Numbered from the stretch's first letter, positions 15,611 through 33,713 are shown. The stretch: DNA of 64,000 nt from Eledone cirrhosa (GCA_964016885.1 OZ024744.1:113398001-113462000), one strand, 5' to 3'. Numbers and translations: made by a program. Notes: a model not told the origin generated them from the letters alone.

Positions 15611-18296
15611 ATACTTTGGGAGGGTCATGTTGCCAATAAGAAACACACGCACCAGTTGTATTCACTTCAATTTACTATAATAAATTTATAAATTTAGGAA
15701 TTTATAAATTTCCGGTTGGTTGGTTCCACAACCAGATGGTTGTTTATATATTGTCAAAGTTCTTTCGTCACACATTCTGTGACCTCTTCAGTGACTGAGG
15801 ATTCTTTTCTTTGTTTTTGTGCCTCTCCTTTGTTCTGTCCTACGCCATCTTATTTCTGTGTGTGTGTCGTGTGCTCAGTCTGCGCATGCGCCACATCCGG
15901 GTGTCTGTGTGTGTTTATATTCGTTTATTTATTTGTTTATTTACATGTTACAGGTTTGTTCTATGTGCGTATGTGTTTTCATTTTGTCCTTAATTGTAAG
16001 TTGTAATGTTGCTGGTCCACTCATGTTTTCTATTTAATTTTGGTTGTAATTCTTTTATGTTTATTGCCTCTGGGATTTGTCTAAACATTGCGTCTTTTCT
16101 GTGTGTAGATTCTATTTTTATTTCTATGTTCTCTAATTTACCCTTATGTTCTATTTTAGCATGTTGGTAGAGTACAGATGATTCTTTATTATCTTGAAGG
16201 TCTCGCAAGTGTTCATTTATCCGTTCCCCTACACTACGAGCTGTCTACACTATGTACACTATATTTTTTTGTCTCTACATTGTCCTTCAGTACATCTTAT
16301 ACTATATACTACATTTATAGTTTTACAGTTAATATGGGGGCTTATTTTACAGGTTATACATTTCTTATCTATACAGGGGGTCTTTGAAAAGGGTATGTCT
16401 TGCTAATAAGTGTTTTTACGGAGGTACCTGGTCTTTCTACTATCTTAATATTGAGTTTATGTTTATCTAGGGCCCTTCTAAATTTGTAAGCTAATTCACC
16501 TCTAGGGGTTGTATCGATGAACATTACACTCTGGTATTTATTGCTATCATACCATGAGTTTATTCTATTAACCTTATTCCTAGTTCTTTCTATTCTATTC
16601 CAAAATTTGCTCCTATACAAGGGGCAGGTCCCACTTGTGTCATTATTTACCATTTTTTTCCCATTTGGTTCTGGCTCCTCTATACACTCTGATTTTATCT
16701 CTCTGATTGTAGCCAGAGAACTGCATACGGTGGATGAAGTGTTGTATGTGTCTCTCTAGTTCTTCGGGGTTGCACATGCGGGACACGTTTCTCATCACCC
16801 GTACCAAATCCGCAATCAGTATGGTCCGAAACAGCTGAGTTTCGGTGGATCAGATATTTGGAAGTCATGGGTTTAGCATAATGGGAATGGAGGATTTGTT
16901 TTTTGTTATTAATGGTATCTAACCAGAGCTCTGTGTCTAGTACAGGTAATCGAACAGCCCAACCATCGATTACCTGTACTAGACACAGAGCTCTGGTTAG
17001 ATACCATTAATAACAAAAAACAAATCCTCCATTCCCATTATGCCAAACCCATGACTTCCAAATATCTGATCCACCGAAACTCAGCTGTTTCGGACCATAC
17101 CAAAATCAACATACTGATTGCGGATTTGGTACGGGTGATGAGAAACGTGTCCCGCATGTGCAACCCCGAAGAACTAGAGAGACACATACAACACTTCATC
17201 CACCGTATGCAGTTCTCTGGCTACAATCAGAGTGTATATAGGAGCCAGAACCAAATGGGAAAAAATGGTAAATAATGACACAAATGGGACCTGCCCCTTG
17301 TATAGGAGCAAATTTTGGAATAGAATAGAAAGAACTAGGAATAAGTTTAATAGAATAAACTCATGGTATGATAGCAATAAATACCATGGTATGATAGCAA
17401 TAAATACCAGAGTGTAATGTTCATCGTGGTGAATTAGCTTACAAATTTAGAAGGGCCCTAGATAAACATAAACTCAATATTAAGATAGTAGAAAGACCAG
17501 GTACCTCTATAAAAACACTTATTAGCAAGACATACCCTTTTCAAAGACCCCCCTGTATAGATAAGAAATGTATAACCTGTAAGTTAAGTCCCCATATTAA
17601 CTGTAAAACTAGAAATGTATATAGCATAAGATGTACTGAAGGACAATGTAGAGACAAAAATATAGTGTACATAGGTAAGACAGCTCGTAGTGTAGGGGAA
17701 CGGATAAATGAACACTGGCGAGACCTTCAAGATAATAAAGAATCATCTGTACTCTACCAACATGCTAAAATAGAACATAAGGGTAAATTAGAGAACATAG
17801 AAATAAAAATAGAATCTACACACAGAAAAGACGCAATGTTTAGACAAATCACAGAGGCAATAAACATAAAAGAATTACAACCAAAATTAAATAGAAAACA
17901 TGAGTGGAACAGCAACATCACAACTTACAATTAAGGACAAAATGAAAACACACACGCACATAGAACAATCCTGTAACATGTAAATAAACAAATAAATAAA
18001 CGAATATAAACACACACAGACTGAGCACACCACACACAGAAACAAAATGGCGTAGGACAGAACAAAGGAGAGGCACAAAAACAAAGAAAAGAATCCCCAG
18101 TCACTGAAGAGGTCACAGAATGTGTGACGAAAGAACTTTGACAATATATAAACAACCATCTGGTTGTGGAACCAACCAACCAACCGGAAATTTATAAATT
18201 CCTAAATTCATAAATTTATTATAATAAATTGAAGTGAAAGCAACTGGTGCGTGTGTTTCTTATTGGCAACATGACCCTCCCAAAGTATAACAATAT
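15606..18296. mobile_element. Head-to-head inverted pair of 5'-truncated PLE copies (arms 15606-16953 - / 16966-18296 +)
   Basis: ~1.35-kb inverted arms; + arm encodes KPMTSKYLIHRNSA...FSGY and GIY-YIG YIGKTARSVGERINEH...EAINIKELQPKLN; (TA)n flanks. Confidence 0.92.
18100..18142 (+). ncRNA. Minimal type I HHR (copies 15753-15795 -, 28970-29012 -)
   Basis: GTCA-CTGAAGA-G-GTCAC-AGAATGT-GTGAC-GAAAG-AA-CTT-TGAC. Confidence 0.8.
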
Positions 18297-18350
18297 CGGT
18301 TTCAACACACGTTTTCAGATAAAGAATCTTGCTAAACAAATTCAGAAACG

Positions 18351-18403
<53 letters not shown>

Positions 18404-18443
18404 AATATACACGGGTGTGTATGATTGTGTATAGAAGATTATA

Positions 18444-19236
<793 letters not shown>

Positions 19237-19289
19237 TATATATATATATATATATATACATATATATACACACATATATATATATATAC

Positions 19290-19355
<66 letters not shown>

Positions 19356-19415
19356 GTATATATATATATGTGTATATATATGTATATATATATATATATA
19401 TACATATATATACAC

Positions 19416-19496
<81 letters not shown>

Positions 19497-19497
19497 C

Positions 19498-19536
19498 ATC
19501 CTCCGAAGAAGAGATATTATCTCGAAAATTAAGGAT
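19498..19536 (+). ncRNA. 39-nt ultra-minimal type I HHR heading a pLTR/tail remnant (19498-19845; related tail at ~15387-15503)
   Basis: ATCCT-CCGAAGA-A-GAGAT-ATT-ATCTC-GAAA-AT-TA-AGGAT. Confidence 0.65.
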
Positions 19537-19856
19537 ATTTAAATAAATTTAAGGTAAAAGACTAATTGTCAACAATATCTTTTGCATTTGCATTTATATT
19601 CTATATCCATGCCTGCATTGTTTTGGCTTTACAAATACAAACGTTTATACCTCATTACACAATGTTTCAAGTGAACTATAACTTCCTTCTTATATATATT
19701 CGTATTCGTCTTATTCGGGAAACCTCTGGTAATGAGGTAATTATATTGTATTGTTTATTATACATTACATTTAGCTCTGGTACTTACATAGAGCACTCTT
19801 CACTCCTATGACTTTTTCAATTTTCAACGGAAACTTCAATACTTATATATATATAT

Positions 19857-23732
<3,876 letters not shown>

Positions 23733-23800
23733 GAGAGAGAGATATATATGTGTGTATGTATATATATGTATATATATATATGTGTGTGTATGTATATATA

Positions 23801-23877
<77 letters not shown>

Positions 23878-23930
23878 GTGGGAAAGTAAAAAATCGGAGA
23901 ATAGACCGTTAAAACATGTTTATTTAAAAT

Positions 23931-23973
23931 ATCACCTACGTACGTTTCGCCCAGTTGGGCTTCTCAAGGGCAT
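23931..23973 (-). ncRNA. Type I HHR with U3-A8 core UUGAGAA (identical copy 27265-27307)
   Basis: ATGCCC-TTGAGAA-GCCC-AACT-GGGC-GAAAC-GTAC-GTA-GGTGAT; stem I weak. Confidence 0.6.
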
Positions 23974-24266
23974 AAATAATCACAAGTGTTCCATATATAG
24001 TTCGGAAAGAGTTTTGGGGGTTAAATCTACATCAAGATTCATTGCTCGCAAAAATATCTTGTTTTGATTTTGCAGCAGGTCAAGGGAGGTAACTCTGACC
24101 GGTGTTAGGGCAGTCTTTCCCGGATAATTTTTTTTTTTTTTTTTTTTGCCGCATCCGTTTGTCTGAGGCTGGGTCTGGTATGCAAGGATTGTTTTCTGGG
24201 TGTTATTTTGCAGCGCCTGCCCGCCGGGGTGTTAAGACTTGTTGCAGGGAGATCCAGTGTACTATT

Positions 24267-27003
24267 TCACTCTTCATCCTTAACCCATCTAAAGAAGGAT
24301 ATTTTTAAGCGATGTGTACAACTTATCGCTGTTTCAGCTCTGCTGTTGATGAGCTCGTGGGGTACAGTTATGATGTGGTAGAGCTCCATGAGGCAAAGAT
24401 CGCATTTCCTCTTGAAGTTGTACGGTGCAGCCCTGCCGACAATCTCCCAGTGCGTGGAGAAGCTGATGTTTAAGTCCTTTAGTGATGTGATGTAGTCCGC
24501 GAGCGAAGTGGAGTGCCTTAGTTTTCTATTTGTGAAAGAGTGGAGATGTGTTCGAAACCTAATTTTGAACGGGCCGGAGGTGGCCCCTATATAATGTTTA
24601 ACGCTATTGTGGCTAGTAATAGTGCATCTATATATAACCCTATCAGTCAAGCAGTATCCTCTAAGGGGGCAGCGTCCTCTGTCGCGGCAGTTGCAATTTC
24701 TGTCGCGGTTCCGTCTATTTCCAACGGTAAGGCTATCATTGTTGCTGCCTACGTTGTTACCTACGCTACCGCAGCTGTCGTTAGCACAATTACAACCCAC
24801 AGCACGCGGGATGGTGCGATTGTTATTCCGCACGTCATGTTCTGCATGTTCCCCAGCCACTTCGCGGTCATTCTGGTTGCGTCTGCGGATGCCGTTGCCA
24901 ACACTATTGGATGCTGCCAGGGAGTTGTTAAGGCCGATATAGTTATTGTCAGGTGTAGGTGCGTCTGTGTCGAGGTGCTGTGTCTTGGTGATCTTACTGT
25001 GGTTCGTTGTTCCTATGATGTCTGCTAGGTTAGGAGTAGTAGAGAAGGATATTTTTATATTGTTCCTACTAAGAATTTTTCTATACCTATGGTTGGGCGG
25101 GAAGTTCTTCTCTAAGGCTTCGAAGAATATCCGGGGTATGTTGGAGGCCACACTCCGAGAGTAGGGGGGGTGGAACCATAGGACGTTACGGTGGCGATTA
25201 CGTGTCCTTGTACTTTTGCTACGGGTGGTTCCATCTAAGTGACCGCTCTTATGTGTGTTAATGCGCAGTCGCCCGTTCGGTGCCCCTTTCACTTTATGCT
25301 CGGGTGCACTCTTTCTACCTCTTCCATGTTTATGTACACGAAGATGTTGGTTGGAAGGCGTTGGTAGTAGGCCGTCGCCTTTGTTGGTTTTGTAATAGGG
25401 GAATAGTTTGAGTAATCTACAGTGTTTACCGTCGCCGGGGACGTGATCTTTGGTGCGGTTATCTATTCTATTATATCCGACTTCAACGAGGTCGCCGCGT
25501 GATCGGTTATAGGTATGGCTTACTATAACGTTAGTTTTATGAGGGGGGGGGGGGGGTTCTAGAGCTAGCGTTAGGGATGTAGGAAATTCCTCGGTTAAAG
25601 CCGGCGCTTATCAGGGCCCTATTGTAGTAATCAGCCGCTTGGTTGAAGATATCCTCATTGGCGGATAGCCTCGAGATTCTATGTGAGATACTATAGACTA
25701 TGGAGTTGAGAGTCTGCTTAGGGTGGTTGGAGGCATAATTAATATAAGAGAGGCACTCTCCAGGCTTATGGTATGGCTTGTATAAGCCCGTACTCAACTC
25801 CAGGGTCACGTCCAGGAAGTTGACAACCCTGTGGTTGAGGTCCATAGTTACGGATAGGCCGTATGACTTAAAGAACCTGTGTATATGTTTGTTAAGGTTC
25901 TCTATCCTACGGGGGCTATGGTTCCTAACGGTAAACAGGGCGTCGTCCCTATATACACCTCCTTGTAAGGCCGGTATTTCTTCCTTAAGCTTATGTAGGA
26001 GGTATATCCCAACCAGCTCAGTTTCTTGCGCTGAGTCACTGGACACCATCGTGACATCGAAGTTATCAGGACGGTCGGTTCTGGTCCAGTGGGAGCCTTC
26101 GAACTGGATAATGGTTCTACGTGCCGCTAGAATTATGTCTATTTCTTTTTTAGTGAGGCTAGTGTTAGATCTAGCTAAGATAAGTGCCTTATTTAAGAGT
26201 ATGGGGGAGATAGAGGCGTAGTAGCTATCTATATCAAACTGGATGAATTTCAGGGTGGCTTTATCCGGCAACTCGGTGAATCAATTTATGACCTGGTCGG
26301 TGTTGCCCCAGAGGCAGACCTTAGCCTTTCTATTAAGCTCGAGTAGTACTCTGTCGAGGATCACTTTACTAATCTTACCTATATCTGATGTAGAGGGGCA
26401 TATTAGTCTAATAGAGGGGCTTTCATTAAAGTCATATTTGTGATCCTTAAGAGAGAATTTAGGCGTCAGAGGGACGTACGGGTTAGTGTACTTTTCTATT
26501 TCTAAGCTGGTGACTATATCCTTCCCTACTCTATTTATGTCATTTAGGGTACTAGAGGGTGTCTTTTTGTAGTCTTTGTGTAGTTCCTTATAGATGAATT
26601 TTTTATACTCACTCGCGTCCATCTTGTACAGCTTTTTGGTTTTGTCGGAGGTGACGAAGAGGTGCGGGTCATTCTTGATCTTAGTTATTAGTGTATCAAG
26701 GGACGTTAAGAATGGATTGCTGCATTGGTGTTTCTTTCTGAGCTTAACGTTTTTGATCATTTTCAGCAGGTCCTCTTCAAAGAAGTCCAGTAAGGTGTTG
26801 TGCGGTGGGTTTCGGTATGTTTTGAAGCCATACTTCTCTTTCGGTTCAGGAAGGTTTCGGGTGTTCTTATCCAGGTGATATGCCTTCCATCTGACTCTCC
26901 GTATAAACGAATTAGTAGCGTCTATAAGCAGTTTAAGGTGGGTTTTTCTGCTGGGTAAGGGGATACACATGAGAGACATGGGTAACGGCTGGTTCTCCAA
27001 CAT
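24267..27003 (-). pseudogene. PLE polyprotein (RT + GIY-YIG) with one TGA (26281) and frameshift(s) near 25540
   Basis: FIRRVRWKA, SDKT, LKDHK, RLICP, QFDIDSYY, GVYRDD, SNHP, WFHPPYS, CNCRDRGRCPL, YIGATSGPFKIRFRTH, CDLC. Confidence 0.92.
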
Positions 27004-28145
27004 AATGGCAAATAAGGTGAGATGCTCTACAAAAGGAGCACGGTAATATAGTATTTACGTATCGAGAAAGAGAAAAAAAGGGGGGATAGGTGATACATAT
27101 AGTTATTTGCCAAGTAGCGTATGCCAAAGGTGCTCGATACTAGTGCCGGCAGTATTAAATATTCGAAGTGTTAATATTTAGTGGGCTAGAGAGTTAGCAG
27201 AGCGTAAGCACGTGGGAAAGTAAAAAATCGGAGAATAGACCGTTAAAACATGTTTATTTAAAATATCACCTACGTACGTTTCGCCCAGTTGGGCTTCTCA
27301 AGGGCATAAATAATCACAAGTGTTCCATATATAGTTCGGAAAGAGTTTTGGGGGTTAAATCTACATCAAGATTCATTGCTCGCAAAAATATCTTGTTTTG
27401 ATTTTGCAGCAGGTCAAGGGAGGTAACTCTGGCCGGTGTTAGGGCAGTCTCTCCCGGATAATTTTTTTTATTTTTTTTTTTTGCCGCATCCGTTTGTCTG
27501 AGGCTGGGTCTGGTATGCAAGGATTGTTTTCTGGGTGTTATTTTGCAGCGCCTGCCCGCCGGGGTGTTAAGACTTGTTGCAGGGAGATCCAGTGTACTAT
27601 TTCACTCTTCATCCTTAACCCATCTAAAGAAGGATATTTTTAAGCGATGTGTACAACTTATCGCTGTTTCAGCTCTGCTGTTGATGAGCTCGTGGGGTAC
27701 AGTTATGATGTGGTAGAGCTCCATGAGGCAAAGATCGCATTTCCTCTTGAAGTTGTACGGTGCAGCCCTGCCGACAATCTCCCAGTGCGTGGAGAAGCTG
27801 ATGTTTAAGTCCTTTAGTGATGTGATGTAGTCCGCGAGCGAAGTGGTGTGCCTTAGTTTTCTATTTGTGAAAGAGTGGAGATGTGTTCGAAACCTAATTT
27901 TGAACGGGCCGGAGGTGGCCCCTATATAATGTTTAACGCTATTGTGGTTTATATATATATATATATATATACATACATATACATATATATATAAATATAT
28001 ATATACATACACACACATATATATATATATACATATATATACATACACACATATATATATATATACATACACACACACATATACACACAAATATATACAT
28101 ACACACACACACTCTTACACAAATACATATATATATATATATATA

Positions 28146-28815
28146 CGCCCCATCATTGAAATGTTCCCAGATGTATGTGACAGCACGGAGGACCTCCTCA
28201 GCAGAATCGGCGAGAGTAACCGATCTAGGGACCTAACAGACTGCATAATAGGTAGTATGGATGTTGTGTCCCTGTATCCATCTATTGACGTGGATTTTGC
28301 TGTGGAGAAATGCGTAGAAATGATCAGTGAGAACAATGTTGATTTCCGTGGGATTGATACCAGTGAGCTGGGACTCCTACTTAAACTTACCTATAGTAAT
28401 AATTACCTAGATACATATGACCTTACCAACCTGTGCCCTACAAGACCAGCAAGAGGCAGACCACCTACCATTACCTCAATGGCCAAGAAAACCCATACAG
28501 ATAGATGGAACGGGTCGACCAGAGCCATGCGGACCCCCGAAAACCACGATGAACTAAAGAAAATGATTGCACATGCGGTGGGGGCCAGCATAAAATTAAC
28601 CCTTAAGGAACATATGTTCAAATTTAATGGAAAAACATATGCCCAAGAGGAGGGAGCAGCCATTGGTGTTAGCATTGCAGGCGACATAGCTAACCTATTT
28701 ATGGTATGGTGGGACAGTAGACTTAAACTTAAACTTAAATAACAATTAGAAGACCCCTTAACCTTGATAATGTACTCCCGCTACGTTGATGATATAAACA
28801 TCGTAGTAAAACACG
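28146..28815 (+). pseudogene. PLE RT core fragment, probably the family of 15606-18296
   Basis: IIGSMDVVSLYPSID, YAQEEGAAIGVSIAGDIANLFM, YSRYVDD; joined directly to that family's pLTR. Confidence 0.85.
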
Positions 28816-29328
28816 ATATTGTTATACTTTGGGAGGGTCATGTTGCCAATAAGAAACACACGCACCAGTTGCTTTCACTTCAATTTATTATAATAAATTT
28901 ATAAATTTAGGAATTTATAAATTTCCGGTTGGTTGGTTGGTTCCACAACCAGATGGTTGTTTATATATTGTCAAAGTTCTTTCGTCACACATTCTGTGAC
29001 CTCTTCAGTGACTGGGGATTCTTTTCTTTGTTTTTTGTGCCTCTCCTTTGTTCTGTCCTACGCCATCTTGTTTCTGTGTGTGTGTTGTGTGCTTAGTTTG
29101 CGCATGTGTTACATCCGGGTGTCTGTGTGTGTTTATATTCGTTTATTTATTTGTTTATTTACATGTTACTGGTTGGTTGTTTGTTCTATGTGCGTGTGTG
29201 TTTTCATTTTGTCCTTAATTGAGGACAAAATGAAAACACACACGCACATAGAACAAACAACCAACCAGTAACATGTAAATAAACAAACAAACAAACAAAC
29301 AAATAAATAAACGAATATAAACACACAT
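28816..29328 (-). mobile_element. pLTR of the 15606-18296 family with terminal hairpin (centre ~29218)
   Basis: Matches 15606-15995; ~29125-29215 inverted at ~29222-29328. Confidence 0.85.
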
Positions 29329-29367
29329 ATATTATATATATTTATTAAAATACATATATTATATATA

Positions 29368-30650
29368 TTTATTAAAATAACAGATTAAAGTTTAAGCAAA
29401 GAATCGCTGCTTTCACCCTTAACGGGATCTTCTGAAACTAACAAAGTAAATCTGTAAACGCAGAAGTGGATATTTCAAAAAACGTTGCAACCTGAGGAAG
29501 ACAGGAAGACGATTCTTTGGTTCGTGGTAACGTTCCCTTCACAAAACATTCAGGTAATATATACTTACCTATGCAAATAAGTAATGGTATAAACATAACA
29601 TATACTTAGCTACCACATCAAGACGTAAAATATCCACGTAAAGATCGTACTATCCGTTAGGGTATAATGTGGGGCTGTAATACAGGAAAGTTTTGTGCAA
29701 TTTATGTTTACAAGCCGAAATTGCCTCAGATTGTTTAAGATGTGGTCTGTGGCGTAGAGCATTTCCAGGGCCTCAGCGGCGCAGAGGTCACATGGTCTTT
29801 TATTTCTGTTATACGGTCTAGCCCTAGCTAGGATCTCCCAGTGTAACTTATATTGGGTGTGGTTGTCTTTTCGACTCCAGATATAAGCTGAAAGTGACGT
29901 CATATTCCTTCTTAGAGGGTAACGAAAAGAATGGGTATGCATGTAAAGACGCTGCTTGAATCTATTGGCGGTTACCCTATGTAGGCCCTGCGGGACGTGG
30001 GTGTTTCAACCTTACATTTGTAGACAATGTTACTAGAGAGGCATTTCCCGAATAGGGGGAAAACTAACTACAGGGTTGCACGTGTTCCTACGGCTAGGTA
30101 GTTTAGCTAAATTTGAAGCTGTGATGTTATGTGCAAGGTTAGGAGTCGTAGAGTAAGAAATTTTAATAGTATTTCTATTAAAAAATTTACTATATTTATG
30201 TGTAGGGGGAAAATGCTTCGTAATAAGGGATAGAATCATCTTAGCTAATGGTGTGGCCACCTCCATATTATATGGTGGGTTATACCATATAATGCGTCGG
30301 GATCTATTTCTTATAGGTCTATTCTCGTACTCTGTATATGCTACCTTATCGACAAATCCACTCCGAGCAAGAGCTTCATTGTAATAAGTGGAATGGTCGT
30401 TGAAAATATGCTCGTTAGTAGATAGACGGGAAAGCCTCAACGAAACGTTTCTTACCAGGTTCTTGGTTATGTTGACAGGATGGTTGGAATGCTTACTTAT
30501 GTAATTAAGCGTATCATTCGGCTTTCTATACGGGTAATACAAGCCATTCGATAAATTGAGGGTAACGTCTAGGTAATTAACGACCGAGAGGTTGGCCTCA
30601 ACCTGTATAGAGAGGTTGAAGCCTTTAAAGAAGGCTGTGAGTATTTTAAT
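29368..30650 (-). mobile_element. 5'-truncated Hydra-type PLE
   Basis: YLDVTLN, SNHP, RRIIWYNPPYN, CDLCAAEA; pLTR with CAGAAGA HHR at 29389-29439. Confidence 0.88.
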
Positions 30651-30667
30651 ATATATATATATATATA

Positions 30668-31192
30668 TTTATTAAAATAACAGATTAAAGTTTAAGCAAA
30701 GAATCGCTGCTTTCACCCTTAACGGGATCTTCTGCGTGCTATTGTTCTCCACACTCCACATATGACGTATTATCTTCGTTTTTTCGTTCATTGCCAGAGA
30801 ACGTCTCTATGCACCATCTAAGAGAACATTAGTCTACGACCTCTTTTATACCATAAACGTGGTTCTGTCTTTGCGCGTAATTGTTTTTCACCGCTCCTAT
30901 TAATGACGATTTATTCGTTTTTTCCCGTTCTTTGCCAGCGACCTTTCCACGAACCAAAGTATCGTCTTCCTGTCTTCCTCCGGTTGCAACGTTTTTTGAA
31001 ATATCCAGTTCTGCGTTTACTGATTGACTTTGTTAGTTTCAGAAGATCCCGTTAAGGGTGAAAGCAGCGATTCTTTGCTTAAACTTTAATCTGTTATTTT
31101 AATAAATATTTGCTCTACAGTTCTTATATATTTGATATATATTTATCCTTATCGAGCCCTCTTTGGATTTTAGTCTTCAAATTTATTATTAT

Positions 31193-31196
<4 letters not shown>
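30668..31196 (+). mobile_element. Fold-back pLTR remnant of the CAGAAGA-HHR family (similar copy ~38640-39160 with ~140-bp diverged tandem units)
   Basis: 30668-30734 is the inverse of ~31040-31106; body matches 38690-39160. Confidence 0.85.
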
Positions 31197-31286
<90 letters not shown>

Positions 31287-31289
<3 letters not shown>

Positions 31290-33320
31290 GTGGGTGTAAC
31301 TAGGAGTTACTGCAGGTTCACCCGGGTGAGCACTCGATGTTTAGGTTCACTTCTGTGATGATGTGTAGAGCTATACAGAGTGTAAAATATAGAAAGGATA
31401 AAAAGGACGATTGATTATTCCTTCATTGCATTTATTGATAGGTGACGCGCGTTTCGCCACTGATCAGCTCAAGGTTCGATCTATATCGATCCTACCCAAC
31501 ACAATAATTGGCAGCTCGACGGACCCTCTTAAAATGCTATAAGAAAATGAAATACATGCTATGTGGTAAAGTTAGAGTTTCTAGAGTTTGATAAAATGAG
31601 ATGTTTTGATTGGTGAGAAGGATCAAGGCGATGTACTGGCCTGTAGTGTATATGGGGGTGGGTGTGATGGTGAGATGTTGGTGACGGTCTGTGGACGAGG
31701 TGGGCTGTGGTGTGGTGGTGGTGGGTTGGCCTTAGCGTGTAGAGTATGTGGGGGTGGATGTGAAGATATGGTGATGGTTAAGGTTATTTAGTGGGATGGG
31801 CTGTGGTGTGAGGTTAGTGGATTGTCAGTAGACGGGTTGGCGTGGGGGTGGGTGTGTGGTAGTGGTGCCTTTGTCAATCATTGACCGAATATTACCTGAA
31901 CTTAAGATTAGAACTAAACTCAGCCTATGGTCTTGTACAAAGGAGGTAATAGACTGGTTTTGTGCCATTGAAACTAAGTCGAATGTTCGATTAGTCCAAT
32001 TAGACATTACGAACTACTACACATCTATATCCCCAATCATCCTTAACAAGGCACTGATCTCAGCCATGAACAGATCAAGCCTCACTTGAAAGGAAGTGGA
32101 CATCATAATAACAGCTAGGAAAACTTTACTAGAATTCGACGGTAGACTTTGGGAACGACAGAATAGACCAGATAGCTTCGACATCACCATGGGATCGACT
32201 GACTCGGCACAGGTTACAGATGTAGTAGGCATATATCTCCTAAACATATTAACGGACGAGATCCCCTCCTTGGGCGGTGGCTTATACCGGGATGATGCCC
32301 TACTAATGACCCGTGGACTCAATAACAGCCAACTGAATAGAATACACAAACGACTTAGGTACATCTTTAAGACCCAAGGTTTAGCAGTAGAAATTGAACC
32401 CAACAATAGGACAGTTAACTTCTTAGACGTCACCCTAGAATTAGACTCAGGCCTCTACCGTCCATACCACAAACCTAATGAAAATCTTAGATACATCAAT
32501 AGACACTCCAACCACCCTTAGAGCATAATTAACTCTATAGTTAAAAGTGTCTCCAACAGAGTGTCCACACTGTCGGCCAACGAAAACATCTTCAAGCAGC
32601 ACGCGGAATACTATGACTCCGCACTTATAAACGCTGGTTATACTGAGAAGATTTCTTACATCGACCCAAATAGAACCGTAACACAGCTAAACATAGCAGG
32701 ACCCTTAGAAACGAACTTAGAAGAAACCTCAACACATAGGACGCACAATAACCTTAGACGCCCCCTATCCGGCAGCGTAGACAGCACCACACATAACTGT
32801 CTAGGAGATAAAGCCATACTCTCCAGCCCCAATAACAACTCCGACTATCGCACACGTTTGCGTACCAATAGAGACAAGGAACATAACGCCAATAGATTAC
32901 CTGGAACCTATTTGAAACATACGCCTGACCAAAACACACACAAACTCACTAAACAACGCATAAACCGAAGTAGACCTGTCACGTGGTATAAACCCCCCCC
33001 CCCTATTCTATACACGTCGCCACTAACATACCGGGAACCTTTTTCAGGGCCCTCGAACAATCTTTTCCACACACACACAAATACCACAAGCTCTTCAATA
33101 AACACACAGTAAAATTCTCTTTCTCCACAGCACCAAACCTAGGTCACACAATAGCACACAATAATAGGGCAAAAATACGAAAACACATGGTTTCCCCACA
33201 ACAAACCACCACCACAACCCAGAACGAAACCACATACACAACACAACACAACAACACACACACCACACCAACACCGCACGACACCAACCGCCAACGTTGC
33301 ACCGCACCGGTTACTCCCAA
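31287..33320 (+). mobile_element. Second copy of the 19857-23610 family: inverted pLTR 31287-31870, RT body 31872-33320, 3' end lost
   Basis: QLDITNYY, GGLYRDD, HSNHP in ORFs 31856-33112; high similarity to 22040-23380. Confidence 0.9.
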
Positions 33321-33329
33321 ATGCAAAAT

Positions 33330-33713
33330 TTACTCCCAAATGTGTAAAATTTGAACAAAGTAGGTTGATTAATGTGGGAGCTAGAGCCGAAAAAGTGGAA
33401 ATTTAAGTCTAAAAGTGGTATTTTTAAATATTTAAGCGGCTGCCACGCCGTCCCTGAACATCCATTGCAGGATGTGCAATGATAAATTCTATTTTGCTTT
33501 AAAATTTGAACGAAATCGGTGGCAAAATGTGGGAGCTCGAGCCAAAAATCATATTTTTCAATACCTAAAAAAAGGTGACCCCCCTATCGATTTTTATCTG
33601 CAGAAAAAACGGTACGCTGATATATAGAAAACACTCCCCGATGACTAATCTATGAGCCTGTAAAGTTTCATGAAAATCGGTCGTAAGATGTAGGCCCCTG
33701 TAGGTAATACACA

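Larger units (their letters stand above)
23877..27945 (-). mobile_element. Full-length Hydra-type PLE in partial-tandem arrangement
   Basis: 27211-27945 duplicates 23877-24611 (pLTR + ORF end) upstream of a complete unit; (TA)n both sides. Confidence 0.95.

Noticed and set aside
26281-26283. Recoded UGA in the full-length Hydra ORF
   Set aside because: Aligns with Trp (IDWF in the sister family); simple TGG to TGA decay in a single copy
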